Source of the DNA: Alloascoidea hylecoeti
Lineage: Eukaryota
DNA length: 64,000 nt
Direction of reading: 5' to 3'
Assembly (NCBI GenBank): GCA_001600815.1
Contig: BCKZ01000001.1
Location: 1,707,389 to 1,771,388, forward strand
Positions 48,401-60,326 of this stretch are shown one piece after another (the stretch's first letter is position 1; every line of letters begins with the position of its first letter). Below the pieces are notes generated by a model. The model made no database searches and was not told the origin of the DNA. It saw nothing but the letters and a program-made list of their open reading frames with translations. The translations under genes and the position numbers were made by a program.

Positions 48401-49754
48401 TATCATACTAACTGTTATTTCACTTGCTCCATCTTGAACATCAAGAAAAGCTCTGATTAATTTTATTGCTTGTTCTTTTTCCACTTGACATTTGGTATCT
48501 TTTGCAAGTGACCTTACGATAAAATAATCCATTCGTAATAGTTTGATTGGTTTGAGGGAGTAGAAATCCACAATGGAATATCTAGCTAATCTATAACCAG
48601 CTGCGGCTACCTCTTGTTCATTTTTCAGTAGTAATGATTGAATCCTAATTATATGTCAGTATTAGTCAATATTAGACTTGTTAAAAGAGAAATAAAAAGT
48701 AAAAAAAGTAAAAAAGAAAAACTTGCCTGTTTCCTACAGCTGCAAAATTTAGGTCGTGTTTTAACTGGGGATTGTTTTGAAGTACAGTTATCAAATCATT
48801 AGCTCTTTGTACTAGATAATCTGCATCTCTATCTTTATCACCCAATGATTGGAGAATGTCACCAAGAAGAAAAGTAGGACTTGTTGGGTCGCCTTGGTCG
48901 AATTCCAGGTTTTGGTCATAATCATCATCATCATTATCGTAGTGATAGCCATTTTCATTTTTTGAACTTGTAAACGTGGAATTATTTCCAGTAGTAGATG
49001 AAATATTTAGTCCAGCTAAACTGTTGACACTTTGATTTCCTAGAGTGTAATTAGCGGTTTGGAAAGTACTGATACTTGCTTGGTTCGTTTGTTGTCGTGA
49101 TAACTGATGTTGTTGTTGCTGTTGTTGAGAAGCTTTAAGTGCTCTTTTTGAATTTATACCATCAAGTTGTAGTTGCAAGTCGTGGATAGTCCGATTAACT
49201 TCATCCAGTCGATATTCAGCCTCTTCTCTAAGGCTGTTTTTACTATCAGATTTATTTCTACTCTTTGTTTCAGCCTTCTCTGCGGCTATGAGAAGGTTTT
49301 CTGTGCCTTCTTTTAGTCGTCGTTGTATTTCCAAGTCATCCATTATTTTGTTTATTTTCTCTTCATCTTCATCCTCATTGGTATCATATGATGGCAGGAA
49401 ATTCTTTAAAGAGGATGTACCTATACTATTCCGACCTGCTTCATTAGTATCGAAGATTGGGCCAGGTGAAGGCAGTGAAGATGCAGATGGGACTTGATAG
49501 GAAACGGGGAATATTGGCTGATTGAGATTCATGTGTCTTAGATCCGGAGGGTACAGATCATAGCCGTCAATATGAGAAGTGGCAGCTTGGATTGTAGATA
49601 AGGAGTTCTGAGTGGGAGTGATATGAATATTAATGGGGTTCCTAGTGGGTGCAATTGGGGTTGATGGATAAGTGCTAGTGTTTTTAGTGGTTGCAAATGG
49701 CTGGGAATAGCCCGTGTTGCTATGTAAGGAGGTTTCGTTTTGGGTTCTGTTCAT
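45467..49754 (-). CDS. TSC11: TORC2 subunit Avo3/Tsc11 (Rictor); exons 48727-49754, 45467-48644 (1401 aa)
   Basis: HR1-like LEIQRRLKEGTENLL, EKEQAIKLIRAF, RLMSFYRPF, LVTQLYDP and LKGCLWAIGHIGS motifs. The two ORFs join in frame through an 82-nt GC-AG intron. Confidence 0.92.
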
Positions 49755-50452
49755 GCGAAAAGTTATAATTATAAATTATATACCATTACTAATATTAACT
49801 ATAACGGCTGGGTAGGTAAGAGCATCAAGAAGAGATGGAACGCCTAGGGATGTTTGATGTTGGAAATTACAGGTAGTATTACCCTATATCGAGCAGGGTT
49901 AATTATTACTTTTGTTCTGTATGCTGCCGGGTTAAGGCTAATGCTACTAAAAACTAAAAAGACTGTACAGAGACCCCCCTAGGAACCCTAAAAGGGCACT
50001 TAAGCTTGGCTGCGGAACACGTTCGGCATACAAATATTTTATAAAAGGCCTTTTTTTTTGAATGCGAAGAACCAAGAAACAGAAAGATGTGGTCTCTGCT
50101 TTCGGTGACGAACCGGGCTGCAGGGCCGATCCGGGTTCGGCTACACTCGCCAGGCCTGAACCTCAGAATATATAAGTCATAGTATAGGGAAATAAGTGTA
50201 CGCATGGCCTGATATTTGAAAAAAGGAGGCCGTGCTTCGTTGTGGTAGGGCTCCACTGGCATCTGTTTATCGCGTTAAGGGCGCTAACACCATGCTCATA
50301 TTAATAGAATCGTTACTATCCACAGAACATTATATTATTATAAATTTACACCATTTTAGGAACATTTTACGGCCTTCTAGAATGGTTATAATATTGACGT
50401 CGACATTTTTATTCGGAGCCGAAAAAATAACTTTACATTTGACCTGGCTTTG

Positions 50453-50640
50453 TTTCACTTAATTTAGGCCATCACGGCTGCTAACTATCTGCCATTCATC
50501 ACTAAGTTTTGGCTGCACTATTACCACTAATCCGCTAATATGCAAGGAGCTTCGGTTGCCACATTAGGCCCAAATTATTGGTTATGCCAATGGCCAGTAA
50601 TTAATAATCCAAATGGCCGAAATTAAGTAAAATTACCGTA
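50453..50640. mobile_element. MITE of the 'CACTTAA-TTCGGCCA' family
   Basis: tttcacttaatttaggccat at the left end and atggccgaaattaagtaaaattaccg-TA at the right end, with ggcc sub-repeats inside. Confidence 0.75.
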
Positions 50641-50738
50641 TACAAAGAGAATATTTAAGAGTGCTGAAGTACTACTAATTGCAAGTTTTTATTCAGAGTT
50701 GTCTACATATAACAATAGAAATTGACGTATATCGATGA

Positions 50739-52241
50739 TCATCGAGAGAAAATGTCATCACCACTAAACTCATTCTCATCTTCCTCAATATCTTCATCTT
50801 CATCTTCATCATACTCCTCTGAGGATTCAGATGAGAATTCTTCGACCATATCTTCATCTAAACCCTCCAATGAAAAGTTTACTATTGTTTCACCTTTAGC
50901 TTGTGCTATGAAATTAATATGTTAGTAAATTATTGATAATGCAATTAAACTGAAGTACTTACTGCCCTTCTTAACCACGTATGATCCTTCAACATTACAA
51001 GAAGTAAGTTTTACCCTTGATTCTATTTGTACATTTGTCCCGATGATACAATTTTCAAGTTGAACACTAAAAGAATTATTAAATTAGTTTCAAATTCACC
51101 AATAATATAATCCAAAAAACATACCCATCACCAATTATGGTATTATCTAAAATAACACATCCTATCAATCGGTTTGATTTCCCAACCAAACAATTATTAC
51201 CAATTGCGCTCTTTTTAATATTTGTCTTTTCACCAATAGTTGTATTTTCACCAATTACACAATCAGAACCTCTTCCTGGGGTTTCACCAGACTCTACCAA
51301 TTTAGCTAATCTTTGTTTAATAACAAATCTATTTGATTCAATATAAGCAGGTAAACTGCTAACTCTTATAAAAGTAGATTGTTCTGGTATAACGAAAAAT
51401 CCAATAGATTCCTTTGGCTCTCTATGTTGCCAAGATCTTCTTGCAAAATCCCTTATAACTTTTGGTACAGGCCTTAAACTACTAATATCATTTCCTTCTT
51501 CATTAATATCTGAAATTTCTATGATTCTTGAAGAACACATATAAATAAATGAATCTAATAATTGTGTTGAAATAACTGAATGTGGATGAGAAGAAATCAT
51601 TTTATTTCTAATTTTAAAAATTTTAGAAACATCTGTTGATTCTTTTGAATAAACGTCTAATAAAATTGAATTTGTTATATTAATTGGTGTATGAATTGTA
51701 TAATTTGATTTTAAATTTTTCTTTTCGATTGATTCAATTGAATTATTATAATGGATTGATATTGCAATTTGATCTTGTTTTCTATTTCGATAAACTTCTA
51801 ATAAAACATGTGGATCTAAATCTGTTATAAAATCACATGGTAAAATTATAAAATCTCCATTTAATTTTGGACTAATTGTTCTTAAAATTTCTCCTGTTGA
51901 TTCACTTGAACCAGAAATAACATTAATTTTTTGATTTGGGAACGTTGAAGTTGGAATATATTTCCCAACTGTATTACTTATTGCTTCTAATGCAGTAGGA
52001 TGACAAACCACGGTAATTTCTATTTTCAAAAATAAGTTAATATTTATATATGTATAGAAAAAGTAGAAAAAATATATGAAATACCTTTAAATGAAGCTTT
52101 ATTACACCATTCGAGAACATGACTGATCATCGGTTTATTTGCAATTGGCAACATGGCCTTTGCCTGTCCTGTTGATCTGAGAGAAGAAAAAGGAACAAGG
52201 CCTTTTCCTTGGCCACACAATATAACAGCATGAAACTCCAT
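50739..52241 (-). CDS. GCD1: Translation initiation factor eIF2B gamma subunit; exons 52085-52241, 51125-52019, 50963-51066, 50739-50905 (440 aa)
   Basis: MEFHAVILCG.G..L.P, KAMLPIANKPMI, LPCDFITD, hexapeptide repeats and an acidic tail ending DDIFSR. Three GT-AG introns, all in frame. Confidence 0.92.
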
Positions 52242-52411
52242 TGATATATTTTATTTATGGAGTATTACTCACTTTTGATTCTTTCGTTTGATTTTTCATT
52301 TTGGAGAGATCCGGGTAAATCTCATAATTCACCTTGATACCTTTTTACCATCTCCAACACCAACACTCCATCCATCCACTTTCACCAATCATTATTCCAG
52401 ATATTGCCAGA

Positions 52412-53839
52412 ATGAGCGGAGAAACAGATCCTTTGTTAGATGCCTTGAATATGGAAGAAGGTACAACCGCCTCTTCGTCCACACCAATTGATCCTGAAAG
52501 AGAGAAGGCTTTAGATTCCTACAAAAAGAAATTGATTGAACATCGACAATGGGATGCTAAATTAAAGGACTTACGTTTTGCAATTAAAGATCTTGATAAG
52601 GATTTTGACAAGACTGAATACGTAAGTTTTTTTCTTTTTCAAATTTGCTTATTAAACTATTGGTACCGTTATTTATTTTGATGATTACTTTTCAAGGTGG
52701 CAACATCAAATCTAACATAAATTATTAATAATAATAGGATATTAAAGCTTTACAAAGTGTTGGACAAGTTGTTGGTGAAATTTTAAAACAATTAGATGAT
52801 GAAAGATGTAAGTTCGTCTTAGATATTTCATTTGTCATGAGTTTTAACTAACTTGTTTTTTTACTTATTATTAGTTATTGTTAAGGCATCTTCAGGCCCC
52901 AGATATATCGTTGGATGTCGAAACACAATTAAAAAAGATAAATTAAAACAAGGTGTCCGGGTTGCACTAGATATGACGACATTAACAATTATGAGAATCT
53001 TACCACGAGAAGTTGATCCTTTAGTTTATAATATGACAACATTTGAACCTGGTGAGATTTCATTTTCAGGAATTGGTGGTTTAACTGATCAAATTAGAGA
53101 ATTACGTGAAGTTATTGAATTACCATTAAAAAATCCAGAATTATTTTTAAGAGTTGGTATAAAACCTCCAAAAGGTGTTTTATTATATGGACCACCAGGT
53201 ACTGGTAAAACATTATTAGCAAAAGCTGTTGCTGCAACAATTGGAGCAAACTTTATTTTTTCACCAGCTTCTGCTATTGTTGATAAATATATTGGTGAAT
53301 CAGCAAGATTAGTAAGAGAAATGTTTGGTTATGCTAAAGAACATGAACCATGTATTATATTTATGGATGAAATTGATGCAATTGGAGGTAGAAGATTTAG
53401 TGAAGGTACATCATCAGATCGTGAAATTCAAAGAACATTGATGGAATTATTAAATCAAATGGATGGTTTTGATTATTTAGGACAAACAAAAGTAATTATG
53501 GCAACTAATAGACCAGATACTTTAGATCCTGCTTTACTACGTGCTGGTAGATTAGATCGAAAAATTGAAATTCCTTTACCGAATGAAGCAGGTAGATTAG
53601 AGATTTTTAAAATTCATACATCTGAAGTTAAAAAACATGGTGAATTTGATTTTGAAGCAGTTGTTAAAATGAGTGATGGATTTAATGGCGCTGATATTAG
53701 AAATGTTGTTACTGAAGCTGGATTTTTCGCAATTAGGGATGAGAGGGATCATATTCTTCAGAATGATTTAATGAAAGCTGTTAGAAAAGTGGCAGAATCA
53801 AAGAAATTGGAAGGTAAATTAGAGTATGAAAAATTATAA
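52412..53839 (+). CDS. RPT4: 26S proteasome AAA-ATPase Rpt4; exons 52412-52621, 52738-52807, 52875-53839 (414 aa)
   Basis: [31 protein letters not shown] and [12 protein letters not shown]. Two GTAAGT..CTAAC..TAG introns. Confidence 0.96.
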
Positions 53840-53902
53840 GTCATTACATAGAGATATAATTGATTGATACTTCAATAACATTATAAATTTAAACTAAACA
53901 TC

Positions 53903-53929
53903 TACAATTATTCCACTTAACTTCGGCCA
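53903..53929. mobile_element. Solo TIR of the 'CACTTAA-TTCGGCCA' family
   Basis: tacaattattccacttaacttcggcca aligns with the reverse complement of the 50640 end (tacggtaattttacttaatttcggcca). Confidence 0.55.
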
Positions 53930-54422
53930 AAGGGTAATTGTTGTTCACTGAGCATGAGACATATGAAAATCGGGCGAGTATCCTGAGAAATAACTAAATT
54001 AATGCTAATAGTCATATTAATGAAATCGCTGAATTTTAACATATTGATCCTCTAATTGATCTTAAGCTTCTTGGTTAGAAAAATTGTAGCACAATACACA
54101 CATGTAGATACCTAGACACTTACGAATCACTAGCAATATTAATTTTGCTATAGGCAACTCTTCTATAAACATAACTTCCAAAAAATTAGCTAATTCATTA
54201 CTACAACACTAGTTTCTATTATTTTTCGAAAATAAAAGAGTAGGAGCAAAAATTGTCCCCTATATTGCTGGTAATTAAATCATGAAAAACAAATCAAAAT
54301 CAAAAATGCATTTTAATTACACCCATTAAAGTATAAATATAACTTATACGAGATTTCTAACATTATATTTATTAATATCACCTCTATTTACAAGAAATAT
54401 GTATCTTGATCGCTATTTACAA

Positions 54423-55295
54423 TTATTTCTTTAATTCACTTTGAGATCCAAGTGAATGTGCAATAACTTTTGCTCCGATATGTTCTTTAATTTCATCAGT
54501 CAATTTATAGTCCTTAGCTCTCTCCCTCCATTCTTCTCTTTCTTTTAAGTAAGCCTTTCTTGTTTCAGATAATGGCATCTTTGGTGGAGTTAATTTCCTT
54601 AAAATGTCTTGTGTAACCTTTGGTTTATCATATTTAGAGTAAGGATTACGGAAATCTTTTAGTGCAAGTTGAGGAAATGGGGGCTTAATAATGGAAGTTG
54701 TAAAATATGATCTTCTTTCAAGTTCTTCAGGTTGTGTAGCAATTTCAGATGCTTCAGTTTCAGGAGGATTTGGCCATGGAACTTCTAATGAATCATCACC
54801 AAAAACATAACGTCTTTTTAAAAATTTCCCATAACGAGGATCCCAATATTTTTCACCTAACTGGACGTTTTCTATTGCTACTTGTTCCATTTTCCCACCA
54901 TCTCCCTCAATCGTTGCAACTAATCTAATATCTTCAAGTTTAACAGGTGTTGGAATCATGACCACATGAGAAGTTTGTCCCTCTTGCCAAAGATCTTTTG
55001 GAACTACAACAACTTTCGTTGGAGACTCTGAAAGACCAACTTTATTAATTTCATATTGCTTGCTTAAAACTTCAACAATTTTACCAGCGAGTTTTCCCCG
55101 TTTAAATTGTACTTTATCACCAATATTGACAGGCCAATCTTCATCTTTAATTCTCTCGTCTTCACTTACGGGATGCTCCATACGATAAACTGGAGGAACA
55201 GACCTCAGTCTCATTGCCTCGAGAATTTTTTGTTTCGAAGGACTGAACTTCTTTGGATTGAACTGGTACCGAGTGGTCTTTAGCAATGAGGCCAT
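54423..55295 (-). CDS. MRPL40: Mitochondrial ribosomal protein uL24m (290 aa)
   Basis: KOW-like GDKVQFKRGKLAGKI, VVVPKDLWQEGQTSH, DIRLV and VPWP. The first ATG is at 55295 (the ORF track starts at a TTG). Confidence 0.82.
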   Translation of the reverse strand: MASLLKTTRYQFNPKKFSPSKQKILEAMRLRSVPPVYRMEHPVSEDERIKDEDWPVNIGDKVQFKRGKLAGKIVEVLSKQYEINKVGLSESPTKVVVVPKDLWQEGQTSHVVMIPTPVKLEDIRLVATIEGDGGKMEQVAIENVQLGEKYWDPRYGKFLKRRYVFGDDSLEVPWPNPPETEASEIATQPEELERRSYFTTSIIKPPFPQLALKDFRNPYSKYDKPKVTQDILRKLTPPKMPLSETRKAYLKEREEWRERAKDYKLTDEIKEHIGAKVIAHSLGSQSELKK

Positions 55296-55442
55296 TTTGA
55301 TGTGATGATTCGGATTCAGACGATGGTTATTAAAAAGAGAAATAGTTTTAAGGATGTTTGAGCCAATCAAAGAGTTTTATACGCACGTGATATAAATTAC
55401 TAATCATATGGTACAAATATAATAGAAAATCCAAATATTATG

Positions 55443-56182
55443 CTAATTATCACGAAATAAAGCAATAAATTCTGCTTCGTTAATCGATCCATCATTATCC
55501 AAATCAAATTCATCAATCATAGCCTTTAATTCATCTTCATCTAATGTTTCTCCCAATTCGGTAGCAACCGCTTTCAAACTTCTTAATGTGATCTTAGAAG
55601 ATCCACTATCTTCAAATAATGTAAATGCTCTTTTAATTTCTTCAAGCGGATCGCGTAGGCGCATCTTCTCGGACACTAGTTGATGGAATTGTCAGTCTAT
55701 AAATCGGTATTAACACACAAGCAAACAAATATACTTACTGACTCGAAAGAAATCGTCTTTGTTTATTGTTCCCTGCTTAAGTCTATCGTTTTCTTTTAAA
55801 ATTTGCAATATTTCTTCTTTTGAGGACTCAAATCCAAGTGCTCGCATGGCAACCTAAAAATTATATCATATCAGTATGATGATCAAAAAATGCAATTTAT
55901 AGACAAAAGGAGGGCATACCTTTAGTTCATGATAATCAATACTTCCATCAGAATCCAGATCAAAAAGATCAAACTATAAGACGCGTTGTTAGAATATCCG
56001 TACCAATTACGGTGATCTAATGAGATGTGTCTTACAGCTTCTTGTATTTCTGTTTTTTGTTCGTTGGTTATTTCCCGTTCTGGAGAATGCTGTTGTTGCG
56101 AAGTATAGTTATTACCCATTTGTTTTAACATGCTGATACCGGCTCGCTTATTATTAAAAGTTGAAAACTTTGCGGATGACAT
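55443..56182 (-). CDS. CDC31: Centrin; exons 56036-56182, 55920-55973, 55739-55853, 55443-55675 (182 aa)
   Basis: The spliced product reads [60 protein letters not shown]. Three introns of 62-66 nt. Confidence 0.95.
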
Positions 56183-56330
56183 TTTTTCTAATGATTTATT
56201 AATTTATTTAGATATTCGTATAAATTTGATGCTGTTAAATGTTTAGATTAGTTGTTTGGAGGTTTAAATAAACCTTCTGTCTGTTACGCGTTTTCCACGT
56301 TGTGATTTAGCGTAAATCTCTGATGGTACA

Positions 56331-59300
56331 ATGACACACAATCAGAACGACCTCATTGGTCTCAAAATTATTTCGGAATTCGGAAAGGGGACAATTAGAT
56401 TTATTGGCCCAACTTCTTTTAAGGCTGGCATCTGGGTTGGTGTAGAATTAGATTCACCATCTGGTAAAAATGATGGATCTGTCCAAGGTATTAGATACTT
56501 TTCTTGTGAGAAAACAAATGGGAAATATGGATTATTCATGACCAAAGGGAAATTAGATAATATATTGGCACAATCCAATGAAGATCCAAATGTGAATTCG
56601 TTAGCTATGAAACCACCAAGTTTACCACCTCCTAGTCGGAATAATAATGGTAGGACCTCAATATCCCCTAGTACTATGAATAGAGCCTCAACTATTGCTT
56701 CTACTCCAACGAGAAATATTATGCGTTCAAATTCAATAAGTAGGTCAAATAGCGTATTGAATCATCAGAGTAACAGGCGAGATTCGAGAATACAATTCAA
56801 TGATAATAATAATCTCAACAATAGTATCCAAAGAGAAACCTCACTAAGTAGATCTAGGGCTTCTTCAAGGATATCAAATGTTTCAATCTCAACCCCAAAG
56901 TCGAGCAGAATGAGTTTATCAAACAATATGAGCCCCATAGCTTTTAGAGGAAGAAATGTTAGTCCCATAGCTCTTAGAGGGGTATTAAATCCACTTAGTC
57001 CTGAACCTCCAACACCAACTCGGAAGAACAATAATAAAAGCATATATATGGGCTCGAATGGCTTACCTTTAAGAACTGGGTCTGTCTCTGAAATGAGTGA
57101 GGAAGTGTTAACTAATTCATCAAAGATATCATTAACAGATAATAACCAAAATCATGAACCAGAACCAGAATTACAATCACCTACATCTTCACCCTTTCAA
57201 ATTCAACCACGTTCGCAGCCGGTATCATCACCTACACCCTCACCTGTTGAACAGACTTTGATTGTATCTACTGAGTCTTCGACTCCTGTAGTTTCGACTC
57301 CTGCTTCTATTACCTCTTTTGGGTTACCTTCTACTCCAGATTTACAAACAACTTCTGTACCCTCAACACCGCCAGTTTTATCATCCGTTTCAATATCTCC
57401 AGTTCCCGTGTCACCTTCACCACCATCTTCTTCGCCTCCGGTTCTAGTTTCAACACCTACTCCGTCAACCACCTCTATTAATTCTTCCAGTGAAGGGCAT
57501 CTAAAGAAAGTCATTAGTAAACTTCAAGAAAAACTTAAAACTATGCATGATAATATTACAACCCTTCAATCTGAAAAGAGTGAATACGAAAAGCTATTAA
57601 CTAATTCTACTACTCAAATTTCTAACTATGAACATGAATTTGAAATTGCGACTATCGATAAAGAAATGGCAGAGGAAAAAACTGAACATTTAGAAGAGGA
57701 TCTTAAAATCTTACAACTAAAATATAATAAATTAAATAAAGAATGTGAATCTTTAAAAGAAGAATTATCATTAACGAATGATATTGCAAATATAAATGAT
57801 AAATCAGATGATATCATTGATAGAAAAGATTTAACAGATTATGAAAAGATTCAGTCATTACATCAAAGATGTAATTTATTAGAATCAACATTAATTAAAA
57901 TGCATGAATCTTCTGAATTAAAAGAAGAAGAATTAATTTTAAAAATTAAAAATTTAGAAGAAGAACTTACATCCTTATCCGATGAATTGCCTGAATTAAA
58001 AGATGCTGATAAAAAATTAAAAGATGCTGAAAATATAATTTCTGAATTACAACAAGAATTAGAAGCATCTAATGAATCAAGAGATATGATTGAAGTTTTG
58101 TCATCACAAAATTTTGAACTTTCTACTAAATGTGAAGAATTAATGAAATCAAATGAAGAATTAGAAGAATTAATTAAAGTTAATGATGATTTAGAAGCTG
58201 ATCATATATTAGTTGAAGAAGAACTTCAAAATGAAATTAAAGATTTAACAAATCAAATTAATAATGAAAAGAATACAATTGAAATGATGGAAAGAAAAAA
58301 TGTCTTTAATGAAACTACAATATCATCATTGCGATCAAATATAAATATTTTACAAAAAGATATTGATCATTTAACAAGACAACAGATAGGTAATTCAGGA
58401 GATGATGAATTAAATTCAAATTTAAATTCAAATCAAATTGAAGAAATTTCAAAACTAAAAAGATTATTACAAAATTCCATTTTTAAATCACAATCATTAT
58501 TACTTGATTATGATATATCAAATTCTAATAATATTGTATTAGAACAAAAACTTGAAATTTTAAAATCTTTTATATTTGATTTAGATGATTCAAGTAATGA
58601 ATTAATTAATACAATAATTAAATTAAAATCAATATCATTAAAATCAAAAGTTTTAATAAATTTTATAAATATTAATATCAACAATAATAATAAAAATGAT
58701 AATGAAAATTTTAATCAAATTGATAATTCAATTTCATCAAAAGTTAAATGTTTTGTTGCAATTGCTTATTTATATACAATTTCAAGTATATGTGAATTTC
58801 TATTTTATTTAATTGAAAATGGTAATAATGAGTTAATTATTCAATTTAATGGCTTATTAACAGAATTAAATTCAATTGATAAATCATTAAGTAATTGGGT
58901 CATAAAATTAAAAAATCAAGAACTGGTAATCGATTCACAAATGGTTAATTTAAAAGAAATAAAATCAATTATATTTGGTTGGTATCAGACAGGTTTATCA
59001 TATAATAATGATATTCCTGGTTTCATAAGAGAATCTTATATTTCAAAAATTTCACAATCTTGGGCTAATATGAATTCATCACATGGTATTGTTGAAATTT
59101 TCACAAATGTATTAGAACATTTTAGTAAATCAAATCAAGAAAAAGGTGTTTCAATTTATCATAATAAATTAATGAATTTATTAAAAGATTTAGGATTTGT
59201 TAAAAAAGCATTATATGATTTAATGAATCAAGGTCTTAAATTACGCGATGATAAATTAGAATTAATCAAAGAAAATGAAGAAGGATTTGATTTTAATTTT

Positions 59301-60326
59301 TCAAACGTATTCCAATATGTTGCTGCTGTTGGACTTGGACTTTGTCAACACTTTGATCATGTGGAACAGAATGAAACATCATTTTCTGTTGTTAATTATA
59401 TGAAATTATTTGATGAAAATAGTAGCTTTTTATCTTCTTCCAAACCCACGATGATTGATTCAAAAGATAGTTTAGATACACTACACTCTACTATTACAAA
59501 ATCATTATCTATATTACAAGATATTTTAACAAGGCCAATCAATACAGAGTCTATAAAACCTATAACTAATATTTGGAAAATCAAATCAGATCAAATTAAA
59601 GAAAAATATAACGCAGCGAAAATTAAAGATGAAGAAATTGAAGTATTAAAATACGAACTTGTTAAAATGGCCACTCAATTACGAGAAAAGGATAAAACCA
59701 TTGAAAATTTAAATGTTAAAGCAGAAGTTTTAGAACTAAAAATCAATAGATCTGAGGAACAAGAAACATTACTTTCAACATTAAGAAAACAATTAAATGA
59801 TGCTGAAATTATAAAAGAGGAATTAGAAGTTAAAGTTGCAGAATTATTAAGAGCATCTGAGGAACAACAAAGAAATCTTTCAAAAGTTTCTTTTGGTTTA
59901 CAACAACAAGCAAATATAATGGTACCAGTTTTTGATAATATTGATGATGAAAGAAACTTCACAGAAAAGATTGCATTAGTTGGAGAAATTAAAGCATTAA
60001 GATCAACCATCAATTTCTTAAGCACTCAAAAAAGAGATTGGAATGTTAATACAAAAGATATTGAATGGTTAAAACAACCACTAACAAAATCAAAGGATGA
60101 TTTAAAAAGATGTGGAATTAATACAGAATATTCAACAAAGACTCGAGTTTGTTTTCAACAATTACAGCACTTATCCGCTGATACAGAACTTATTCAAATT
60201 AAGAAACCATTAAATGGAAGTCATCGCTGGAGACGAAAGGCTTCTATACCAATATATTACTCAAAAGCTATTAATGAAAGATATCAAAAATATGAGTTAC
60301 TCAAAATGGAGCTGATTAAAAACTAA
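56331..60326 (+). CDS. NIP100: Dynactin p150(Glued) subunit
   Basis: N-terminal CAP-Gly domain (WVGVELD..GKNDGSVQGIRYF), a Ser/Pro-rich linker, ATIDKEMAEEK and long coiled coils. Confidence 0.88.
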   Translation: MTHNQNDLIGLKIISEFGKGTIRFIGPTSFKAGIWVGVELDSPSGKNDGSVQGIRYFSCEKTNGKYGLFMTKGKLDNILAQSNEDPNVNSLAMKPPSLPPPSRNNNGRTSISPSTMNRASTIASTPTRNIMRSNSISRSNSVLNHQSNRRDSRIQFNDNNNLNNSIQRETSLSRSRASSRISNVSISTPKSSRMSLSNNMSPIAFRGRNVSPIALRGVLNPLSPEPPTPTRKNNNKSIYMGSNGLPLRTGSVSEMSEEVLTNSSKISLTDNNQNHEPEPELQSPTSSPFQIQPRSQPVSSPTPSPVEQTLIVSTESSTPVVSTPASITSFGLPSTPDLQTTSVPSTPPVLSSVSISPVPVSPSPPSSSPPVLVSTPTPSTTSINSSSEGHLKKVISKLQEKLKTMHDNITTLQSEKSEYEKLLTNSTTQISNYEHEFEIATIDKEMAEEKTEHLEEDLKILQLKYNKLNKECESLKEELSLTNDIANINDKSDDIIDRKDLTDYEKIQSLHQRCNLLESTLIKMHESSELKEEELILKIKNLEEELTSLSDELPELKDADKKLKDAENIISELQQELEASNESRDMIEVLSSQNFELSTKCEELMKSNEELEELIKVNDDLEADHILVEEELQNEIKDLTNQINNEKNTIEMMERKNVFNETTISSLRSNINILQKDIDHLTRQQIGNSGDDELNSNLNSNQIEEISKLKRLLQNSIFKSQSLLLDYDISNSNNIVLEQKLEILKSFIFDLDDSSNELINTIIKLKSISLKSKVLINFINININNNNKNDNENFNQIDNSISSKVKCFVAIAYLYTISSICEFLFYLIENGNNELIIQFNGLLTELNSIDKSLSNWVIKLKNQELVIDSQMVNLKEIKSIIFGWYQTGLSYNNDIPGFIRESYISKISQSWANMNSSHGIVEIFTNVLEHFSKSNQEKGVSIYHNKLMNLLKDLGFVKKALYDLMNQGLKLRDDKLELIKENEEGFDFNFSNVFQYVAAVGLGLCQHFDHVEQNETSFSVVNYMKLFDENSSFLSSSKPTMIDSKDSLDTLHSTITKSLSILQDILTRPINTESIKPITNIWKIKSDQIKEKYNAAKIKDEEIEVLKYELVKMATQLREKDKTIENLNVKAEVLELKINRSEEQETLLSTLRKQLNDAEIIKEELEVKVAELLRASEEQQRNLSKVSFGLQQQANIMVPVFDNIDDERNFTEKIALVGEIKALRSTINFLSTQKRDWNVNTKDIEWLKQPLTKSKDDLKRCGINTEYSTKTRVCFQQLQHLSADTELIQIKKPLNGSHRWRRKASIPIYYSKAINERYQKYELLKMELIKN

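Noticed and set aside
48571..48681. Two separate genes, or a frameshift/readthrough, in AVO3
   Set aside because: Explained by a GC-AG intron. The other split ORFs in the window are likewise explained by ordinary introns.
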